Part shown: positions 20,039 to 25,448 of the stretch, piece after piece
Numbering within the stretch: the stretch's first letter is position 1
How the letters are laid out: each line of letters opens with the position of its first letter
Source of the DNA: a virus
Taxonomy: Duplodnaviria; Caudoviricetes
Strand: one strand, 5' to 3'
Length of the DNA stretch: 64,000 bases
Virus record (IMG/VR): IMGVR_UViG_3300044297_000138
Coordinates: 64,001 to 128,000 of that record
Made by a program: the position numbers and the translations under genes
The notes under the pieces: model-generated
Database searches by the model: none
Seen by the model: the letters and a program-made list of their open reading frames with translations, nothing else
What the model was told of the DNA's origin: nothing

Positions 20039-20491
20039 ATGACTTATCTTACCCCTATGCTCGACTTCCGTAAATTGGATCCATTTGCTGTCGGCTTTGA
20101 TGAAATGTTCAAAGACCTACAAGAAATGACACAAAATACTGCGAAGCAATTTACTGCATATCCTCCATACAACATCCGTCAAGTCAAAGACAACAAGTAT
20201 GTCATTGAAATGGCCGTTGCTGGTTTTGCAAAATCTGACATTGAAGTTACATTAGAAGGTAACACTTTAGTAATTAAAGGTTCTGCAAAAGAATTAGATG
20301 GAGAAGAAGGCACATTCTTACACAAAGGAATTGCCAACCGTAACTTTAGCCGTGAATTCAAATTGGCCGACAAGATTGAAATCAAAGACGCCGAATTGGT
20401 AAATGGTATGTTAAAGGTTTGGTTGGAAAATATGGTCAAAGCCCAAGACCTAATCAAGAAGATTGCTGTCAAGGAAAAGAAAGATGAATAA
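20039..20491 (+). CDS. hsp20: Small heat-shock protein (Hsp20/IbpA family)
   Basis: YPPYNI, IEMAVAGF, LHKGIANRNFSREFKL, AELVNGML. Confidence 0.95.
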   Translation: MTYLTPMLDFRKLDPFAVGFDEMFKDLQEMTQNTAKQFTAYPPYNIRQVKDNKYVIEMAVAGFAKSDIEVTLEGNTLVIKGSAKELDGEEGTFLHKGIANRNFSREFKLADKIEIKDAELVNGMLKVWLENMVKAQDLIKKIAVKEKKDE

Positions 20492-20552
20492 TTGGTGGCC
20501 CGTATCCGATGAGGAATGGGAACGCTTAAATCATCCAGAAAAATTCCGTTAA
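20484..20552 (+). CDS. 22-aa micro-ORF MNNWWPVSDEEWERLNHPEKFR
   Basis: ATG overlaps end of hsp20, stop lies just before terminator. Confidence 0.45.
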   Translation: MNNWWPVSDEEWERLNHPEKFR

Positions 20553-20554
20553 TC

Positions 20555-20585
20555 AAAGGGGCTCTTGACAGAGCCCTTTCTTTTT
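20555..20585 (+). terminator. Intrinsic terminator overlapping a sigma70 promoter
   Basis: GGGCTC-TTGACA-GAGCCC + TTTCTTTTT. Confidence 0.75.
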
Positions 20586-20593
20586 GATATAAT
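20565..20593 (+). promoter_or_regulatory. Consensus sigma70 promoter
   Basis: TTGACA-N17-TATAAT, exact. Confidence 0.85.
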
Positions 20594-20599
20594 TCCATT

Positions 20600-20788
20600 A
20601 TGAAAACCGAAAAACCAATTAAAGTTCGTGTGATATCTTCCAAGGAAGAATTTTACACCTTTAAAAGTTGGCCTACAAAAACAATTGAAGGCATTACTTT
20701 TATTGGTGTGAATAAGTTCGTACCTACGCAAGACAAAACACAAGTCATGTATTGGTTGCGTAAGGATTCTTTAGAATATCTGAATTAA
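20600..20788 (+). CDS. Hypothetical protein (probably leaderless mRNA)
   Basis: ATG follows the -10 box after a 6-nt gap. Confidence 0.6.
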   Translation: MKTEKPIKVRVISSKEEFYTFKSWPTKTIEGITFIGVNKFVPTQDKTQVMYWLRKDSLEYLN

Positions 20789-20791
20789 TTT

Positions 20792-20868
20792 GCGCCTGTA
20801 GCTCAGTTGGTCAGAGCAGGGGACTCATAATCCCTTGGTCCTAGGTTCAAGTCCTAGTGGGCGCACCA
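20792..20868 (+). tRNA. tRNA(CAT), most likely Ile2 (lysidine type)
   Basis: Cloverleaf, loop CTCATAA, CCA end; arms resemble bacterial Ile2 tRNA. Confidence 0.85.
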
Positions 20869-20955
20869 TCTATCAACGACATAGAAAAAATCAATTAGAT
20901 TTTAAATTAAAATAGTGATATACTATCATACATAATTTTATTTAAGGAGAAATCT

Positions 20956-21093
20956 ATGAAGCAATATATGTGTGAAGTTTGTGGTCATATTCACGATGAA
21001 GAAACTATGGGTAAGTTGGAAAATTTGCCAAAGTATGCTAATTGTCCTGAATGTGGTGTTGATGTGAGAGAAGCATATAAAGAAGTTCAATGA
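20956..21093 (+). CDS. Rubredoxin-like protein (45 aa, below ORF-track cutoff)
   Basis: MKQYMCEVCGHIHDE...LP...CPECGV; AAGGAG RBS. Confidence 0.85.
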   Translation: MKQYMCEVCGHIHDEETMGKLENLPKYANCPECGVDVREAYKEVQ

Positions 21094-21521
21094 AAGAAAA
21101 ATTTCGTAATGCATATATGAAAACGGCCGAGACATTCGCAGAATTGTCCTCGGCTCGTAGACTTCATGTCGGTGCGATTATTGTAAAAGATGACCGCATT
21201 ATAAGTATTGGTTATAATGGTATGCCTTCTGGTTGGGACAACAATTGTGAAAACGATTTTGGATTGGATTTTAATGGTAACCGGACTCTAGTAACAAAAC
21301 CCGAGGTGTTACATGCTGAAACTAATGCAATCGCTAAGTTGGCAAGATCAAACGAATCTGGCCTTGGTTCTACTATGTTTATCACTCATGCTCCTTGTCT
21401 GGACTGTGCAAAACTGGTATATCAGTCTGGTATCAATACCGTTTACTATCGGAACAGTTATCGTGATGAAAATGGCATACAATTCTTGGAAAAAGCGGGA
21501 GTAACAATAGAAAAGATTTGA
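21090..21521 (+). CDS. cd: dCMP deaminase
   Basis: SIGYNG, HAETNA, PCLDC. Confidence 0.93.
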   Translation: MKEKFRNAYMKTAETFAELSSARRLHVGAIIVKDDRIISIGYNGMPSGWDNNCENDFGLDFNGNRTLVTKPEVLHAETNAIAKLARSNESGLGSTMFITHAPCLDCAKLVYQSGINTVYYRNSYRDENGIQFLEKAGVTIEKI

Positions 21522-21549
21522 CCGCTAAATAGGTCCAGGAGGGTGATCT

Positions 21550-22059
21550 ATGAATTTGAAGGTAATCAACTGTCCAGACAAGAACTTTAAACCTTACATA
21601 GAAAAGGCCGCTCTCTTTTACGCCAAGGAGTTGATTCCCAATACCAAAATTAGGAATAATTGCTTCACCACCATAAGATTTGATGGTAATTTGGAAGAAT
21701 ACGGATACGCATCCGTTGAAGATTACAACACCAGAAAACAAGCCAGAGAGTTCTTGATAGAAATACACCCTGGAATTGGTGCCAGAAAGATCCTGGAGAC
21801 TTTGGCACACGAAATGGTGCATGTCAAACAATATATACACAACGAAACCAACGATGACCTATCGGTCTGGCATGGTAAAAAATATAACTCCGATAAAATG
21901 GACTACTGGAGTCACCCATGGGAAATAGATGCCCATGGCCGTGAAACTGGCCTCTTAACTAAGTTTGCTATAAGTGAATGTTTATGGGAAGTTTTTGAAG
22001 AATTTAGGAATCCGAATCTACCAATAGTTTCTATTCCTATTAAGTGGAAGAAAATATGA
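21550..22059 (+). CDS. Zincin-like metallopeptidase domain protein
   Basis: LAHEMVHVKQY (HExxH) and PWEIDA; GCTAAATA late motif upstream. Confidence 0.7.
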   Translation: MNLKVINCPDKNFKPYIEKAALFYAKELIPNTKIRNNCFTTIRFDGNLEEYGYASVEDYNTRKQAREFLIEIHPGIGARKILETLAHEMVHVKQYIHNETNDDLSVWHGKKYNSDKMDYWSHPWEIDAHGRETGLLTKFAISECLWEVFEEFRNPNLPIVSIPIKWKKI

Positions 22060-22562
22060 GCCATGTTCATTGGGAACATAAAACATACGGTGCAGAAAAA
22101 ATTGAAGTTTTCCAGTGGGGTGAAGGTGCTACCTGTAAAATAGGAAAATATTGTTCTATTGCAGACAAAGTAAAAGTTTTTTTAGGTGGTGACCATAAAA
22201 TAAATTGGACTAGCACTTTTCCACATAGAGAACAAACAGGAACAAAAGGCGACATTATTATTGGCAACGATGTTTGGTTGAGTCACGGTGTTACCATCAT
22301 GTCCGGTGTTACAATAGGTGATGGTGCGATTGTTGCAGCCAATTCACATGTGGTTAAAAATGTTGAACCTTACACCATCGTTGGTGGAAATCCCGCAAAG
22401 TATATAAGACATAGATTTAGTGGCAACATAATAGATTTACTATTGCAATTAAAATGGTGGGATTTACCGGACGATGCGGTAAAAAGAATAGAAGATGTTT
22501 TATGTTCTGAACCGAACCAAGAAAAATTACTTGAGTTGGTAAAAGAACACAGAAGTATTTAA
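22056..22562 (+). CDS. Hexapeptide-repeat O-acetyltransferase (CatB/Vat-like)
   Basis: IGKYCSIA, IGNDVWL, GVTIGDGAIVAA, GGNPAK, LKWWD. Confidence 0.88.
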   Translation: MSHVHWEHKTYGAEKIEVFQWGEGATCKIGKYCSIADKVKVFLGGDHKINWTSTFPHREQTGTKGDIIIGNDVWLSHGVTIMSGVTIGDGAIVAANSHVVKNVEPYTIVGGNPAKYIRHRFSGNIIDLLLQLKWWDLPDDAVKRIEDVLCSEPNQEKLLELVKEHRSI

Positions 22563-22582
22563 AAATATTTTTACGAAATCGC

Positions 22583-22611
22583 TTGCCAACGGCAGCAAAT
22601 GCCTATATAAT
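22583..22611 (+). promoter_or_regulatory. sigma70 promoter of leader/attenuator
   Basis: TTGCCA-N17-TATAAT. Confidence 0.8.
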
Positions 22612-22643
22612 ACAAACATATTGAAATTTTTACGAAAGAAAAA

Positions 22644-22748
22644 ATGTTATCCATACATAGATCGACACTAAAGGCCTGTGAGTATCGCACACCATTTATT
22701 GGTAGCGATAATCAGTCATGGCTAAAGGGGTCTTGTATAGGAGCTTAA
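22644..22748 (+). CDS. Putative attenuator leader peptide, 34 aa: MLSIHRSTLKACEYRTPFIGSDNQSWLKGSCIGA
   Basis: Between promoter and terminator; 19 amino acids; codons 29-31 form the antiterminator arm; RBS weak (GAAAG). Confidence 0.65.
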   Translation: MLSIHRSTLKACEYRTPFIGSDNQSWLKGSCIGA

Positions 22749-22781
22749 TACAAAAGTAGTAAAAGAAACTTCAAACACAAG

Positions 22782-22810
22782 ACCCAGACCCTCAAAAGTC
22801 TGGGTTTTTT
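22782..22810 (+). terminator. Intrinsic terminator (attenuator) upstream of tRNA array
   Basis: ACCCAGAC-8nt-GTCTGGGT + T run; 5' arm overlaps ACAAGACCC, which is complementary to GGGTCTTGT at 22728-22736. Confidence 0.8.
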
Positions 22811-22837
22811 GTTTGGTGTGTCATAAAAACAACACCA

Positions 22838-22866
22838 TTGACAAAGCAATCTGGCTTTGTTATAAT
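22838..22866 (+). promoter_or_regulatory. Consensus sigma70 promoter with palindromic spacer
   Basis: TTGACA-N17-TATAAT; ACAAAGC-N6-GCTTTGT inverted repeat. Confidence 0.85.
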
Positions 22867-22873
22867 AGAAAAT

Positions 22874-22885
22874 CGTTCTTTAAAA
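22874..22885 (+). promoter_or_regulatory. boxA-like antitermination element
   Basis: CGTTCTTTAAAA resembles rrn/lambda boxA (GCTCTTTAACA), just after the promoter. Confidence 0.55.
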
Positions 22886-22903
22886 ATTTGTAGAGTCATT
22901 TGT

Positions 22904-22979
22904 ACCCTCTTAGCCAAGCTGGTAAGGCATCGGATTTTGATTCCGACATGCGGTGGTTCAAGTCCATCAGGGGGTGCCA
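22904..22979 (+). tRNA. tRNA-Gln(TTG)
   Basis: Cloverleaf, loop TTTTGAT, CCA. Confidence 0.92.
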
Positions 22980-23057
22980 TACAAAAACACATCAGTATCG
23001 AAAAGGTACGTGCGACTGAAAAGCCGGGGTTTGTGAGCTTGGTGTGTTTCTATATGG
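22977..23057 (+). ncRNA. Unknown structured RNA closed by an 18-bp stem
   Basis: CCATACAAAAACACATCA / TGGTGTGTTTCTATATGG (16 of 18 pair). Confidence 0.5.
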
Positions 23058-23064
23058 TTTTAAT

Positions 23065-23156
23065 GGAAGTGTGGCAGAGTCCGGTTTATTGCACCTGTCT
23101 TGAAAACAGACGATCTGTAAAAGGGTCCGTGAGTTCGAATCTCACCGCTTCCGCCA
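23065..23156 (+). tRNA. tRNA-Ser(TGA)
   Basis: Long variable arm, loop CTTGAAA, GCCA end. Confidence 0.92.
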
Positions 23157-23159
23157 ATA

Positions 23160-23254
23160 TGTTGAGCTGGGAATTTGGCCTTCGATGTATCTAATAAGAA
23201 ACTAGCAAAACTATTAGAGTTGGCATCCTTCCTTGCTAGTTAATCAGCTCAACA
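23160..23254 (+). ncRNA. Unknown structured RNA with potential pseudoknot
   Basis: 10-bp closing stem, 9-bp inner stem, crossing 7-bp stem. Confidence 0.5.
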
Positions 23255-23264
23255 AAATATTTAT

Positions 23265-23354
23265 GGAGAGTGGGCAGGATGGTAATGCAGCGGATTGCTA
23301 ATCCGTAGACTTACGAAAGTAGGTCACAGGGTTCGACTCCCTGACTCTCCGCCA
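23265..23354 (+). tRNA. tRNA-Ser(GCT)
   Basis: Long variable arm, loop TTGCTAA, GCCA end. Confidence 0.92.
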
Positions 23355-23422
23355 AGTTGTGTTGCAACTGATTTGAGGAACTCCCGTACACCTCAAAGAG
23401 AATGACAAAAAAACGGGGCCAT

Positions 23423-23514
23423 GCCAGCGAGACTTGGTAGTCAGAGAGGTCTTATAAGCCTTTTAGCGCCAGATTAGCGTTCTTGAGTGAGTTCGATTCT
23501 CACCGCTGGTACCA
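23423..23514 (+). tRNA. Atypical tRNA with TAT anticodon (nominally Ile) and long variable arm
   Basis: Acceptor GCCAGCG/CGCTGGT-A-CCA, 4-nt D loop, loop CTTATAA, T arm GTGAG-TTCGATT-CTCAC. Confidence 0.8.
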
Positions 23515-23519
23515 ATCAT

Positions 23520-23595
23520 GTAGGTGTGACCCGAAAGGCTAGGGAACGGATTGCAAATCCGTTTTATGCAGGTTCGATTCCTGTCACCTACTCCA
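23520..23595 (+). tRNA. tRNA-Cys(GCA)
   Basis: Loop TTGCAAA, U73-CCA. Confidence 0.92.
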
Positions 23596-23690
23596 TAATA
23601 CTTGATTGATTTTATGGAGAACTAAAGTGTTACTTGCCAAAATTATTAATTGTGATACAATAGAGTTTCTTTCATTGAATGAGGTATCAA

Positions 23691-23912
23691 ATGATTACTG
23701 AAAAGCAAATCAAAAAATTGAAAAAATTTGGTTATAAAGTTTTTGGAGTTGTTGGTCATAAAGAAGGAACACATTGCTTTGATTATTATGGGTATGAAGT
23801 ACCTAAAATTCGGAGCATTTGTCCCGCTTATGTTGCACACAAAGGAGAAATGAAAGCGTGGGAAGCAGTTTTGAAATTTCATCAAGAAGAAGTTGAAGGT
23901 GTTTTAATTTAA
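23691..23912 (+). CDS. Hypothetical protein inside tRNA array
   Basis: GAGGT RBS; TTGCCA-N16-TACAAT promoter at 23634-23661. Confidence 0.6.
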   Translation: MITEKQIKKLKKFGYKVFGVVGHKEGTHCFDYYGYEVPKIRSICPAYVAHKGEMKAWEAVLKFHQEEVEGVLI

Positions 23913-23922
23913 AAATTTGTGT

Positions 23923-23997
23923 GCTCGGTTCGTCTATCGGTTAGGACGCTGGCCTTTCACGCCGGAAAGACGAGTTCGATTCTCGTACCGAGTACCA
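23923..23997 (+). tRNA. tRNA-Glu(TTC)
   Basis: Loop CTTTCAC, CCA. Confidence 0.92.
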
Positions 23998-24210
23998 TAT
24001 TAAATTGCATTGGGTTACCAATTCCAATAGGTGACTGTCAGGGATAGATTCAGCAGCCGTGCTGACCTTGACACAATCACATGAAGCCTGACGATGGTGT
24101 TGGAAGTAATTGGTTCGTAATGTGGACATAACCTTATCGGCGGACGAAGCCGTGAGAAGTCTCCTGGAGTGGAGAAACGGTTGTGACACCCCAATGTAAT
24201 TTAGTATGGT
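23994..24210 (+). ncRNA. Unknown ~215-nt multi-stem RNA
   Basis: 21-bp uninterrupted closing stem (2 GU) plus internal hairpins. Confidence 0.65.
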
Positions 24211-24213
24211 ATT

Positions 24214-24333
24214 ATTTGTTTTGCTGATGTAAGCTCAGAGGTACGATCAAACGTTATGTAACTATGTAAATAAACGGTAATTCTTGCAAGTAAGTCCGTT
24301 GAGCATAGCATATAGTGCGTCAGCAAAACAAAT
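24214..24333 (+). ncRNA. Unknown ~120-nt structured RNA
   Basis: 18-bp closing stem ATTTGTTTTGCTGATGTA / TGCGTCAGCAAAACAAAT. Confidence 0.55.
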
Positions 24334-24341
24334 GGTATTAT

Positions 24342-24416
24342 GCAGGTGTAACTCAGAGGCAGAGTATCTGGCTTTTAACCAGAGAGTCGAGATTTCAAAA
24401 TTCTCCACCTGTACCA
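24342..24416 (+). tRNA. tRNA-Lys(TTT)
   Basis: Loop CTTTTAA; T stem ends in a T.T mismatch instead of G-C. Confidence 0.88.
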
Positions 24417-24425
24417 GTAGAATTT

Positions 24426-24510
24426 GGAGGTGCCGCCGTAATGGTATGGCAGGAGACTGTAAATCTTCCGGCTTGCGCCACAGTAGGTTCGATCCCTACC
24501 ACCTCCACCA
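24426..24510 (+). tRNA. tRNA-Tyr(GTA)
   Basis: Loop CTGTAAA, variable arm, CCA. Confidence 0.92.
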
Positions 24511-24515
24511 AATTT

Positions 24516-24590
24516 GGTCCGTAAGTGTTCATGGACGCACGTAAGCTTGTCACGCTTAAAGAAGGGGCTCGATACCCCTACGGACCGCCA
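24516..24590 (+). tRNA. tRNA-Asp(GTC)
   Basis: Loop TTGTCAC, G73-CCA; atypical T loop CTCGATA. Confidence 0.85.
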
Positions 24591-24603
24591 TATATAATTT
24601 TAT

Positions 24604-24678
24604 TCCCCGTTAGCTCAGCGGCAGAGCAGTTGACTGTTAATCAATTGGTCCCTGGTTCGATCCCAGGATGGGGAGCCA
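24604..24678 (+). tRNA. tRNA-Asn(GTT)
   Basis: Loop CTGTTAA, CCA. Confidence 0.95.
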
Positions 24679-24684
24679 AATATT

Positions 24685-24761
24685 CGGAGTGTAGCACAGC
24701 CTGGTAGTGCGCTTGCTTTGGGAGCAAGAGGTCCAAGGTTCGAATCCTTGTACTCCGACCA
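24685..24761 (+). tRNA. tRNA-Pro(TGG)
   Basis: Loop TTTGGGA, CGG acceptor, CCA. Confidence 0.95.
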
Positions 24762-24766
24762 TCTTT

Positions 24767-24842
24767 GGGCCAGTAGCTCATCTGGGAGAGCATCTGCTTT
24801 GCAAGCAGAGGGTAGCGGGTTCAAGTCCTGTCTGGTCCACCA
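24767..24842 (+). tRNA. tRNA-Ala(TGC)
   Basis: Loop TTTGCAA, G3.U70, CCA. Confidence 0.95.
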
Positions 24843-24847
24843 AAACG

Positions 24848-25110
24848 TGCCGTCTAGTCAACGGCTACTCCGACCCGGAGGACGAGAAGTGGTGTGATGG
24901 CCACGGGTGGTTCTGAGATTTGGAATATAAGTCTCACAGTAGAAATACTGCGGTCTAACCAAACCGGCGCTGGCAATGCGATAACGGCCCCTGTCGGGGA
25001 GCGGGTGGAAGGTGCGTGTGATGGTGGTGTGGTATGAGTGCCTAAAAGGCGTCCTCAGAGTCCATTAACTGCTTGATGCGCTATAATTACCGCCGAGGGG
25101 TGCCAGAGCA
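24848..25110 (+). ncRNA. Unknown ~260-nt GC-rich multi-domain RNA
   Basis: At least 8 stems incl. a GAAA tetraloop hairpin and long-range pairings; no ORF; between tRNA-Ala and tRNA-Met. Confidence 0.7.
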
Positions 25111-25113
25111 TTT

Positions 25114-25188
25114 GGTGATATAGCATAGAAGGATATGCACGGGTTTCATACGCCTGCAAGGTTGGATCGTTACCAACTATCACCACCA
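25114..25188 (+). tRNA. tRNA-Met(CAT), elongator type
   Basis: Loop TTCATAC, paired 1-72; atypical T loop ATCGTTA. Confidence 0.8.
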
Positions 25189-25194
25189 AATTTT

Positions 25195-25270
25195 CGGTCC
25201 TTGGTGAAACTGGAGATCATCTGAGTCTACGAAATTCAAGTTGGGGGCTCGAATCCCTCAGGACCGGCCA
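25195..25270 (+). tRNA. tRNA-Arg(ACG)
   Basis: Loop CTACGAA; T loop CTCGAAT. Confidence 0.88.
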
Positions 25271-25275
25271 AATTT

Positions 25276-25350
25276 ACCGAGTTAGCTCAGCGGTAGAGCA
25301 GCGTCTTGATAAGGCGTTGGCCAGTGGTTCAATCCCACTACTCGGTACCA
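25276..25350 (+). tRNA. tRNA-Ile(GAT)
   Basis: Loop TTGATAA, CCA. Confidence 0.93.
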
Positions 25351-25352
25351 TT

Positions 25353-25427
25353 ATCTCGCTGGTGTCAACGGCAGCATGACGGTCTCCAAAACCGTGGGAC
25401 GGGGTTCGAATCCCTGGCGGGATGCCA
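25353..25427 (+). tRNA. tRNA-Trp(CCA)
   Basis: Loop CTCCAAA, G73-CCA. Confidence 0.93.
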
Positions 25428-25448
25428 TTTTTTATAAAGGTGATTGAT

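Noticed and set aside
22056-22562. Antibiotic-resistance gene (catB/vat)
   Set aside because: Hexapeptide motifs are shared by many sugar O-acetyltransferases; substrate cannot be assigned from sequence
24085-24185. Hammerhead ribozyme (CTGACGA ... GAAAC)
   Set aside because: Could not build stems I-III around the core with correct spacing
24848-25110. RNase P RNA, tmRNA or SRP RNA
   Set aside because: No GAGGAAAGTCC P4 motif, no tRNA-Ala-like ends or tag ORF, no SRP domain IV motif
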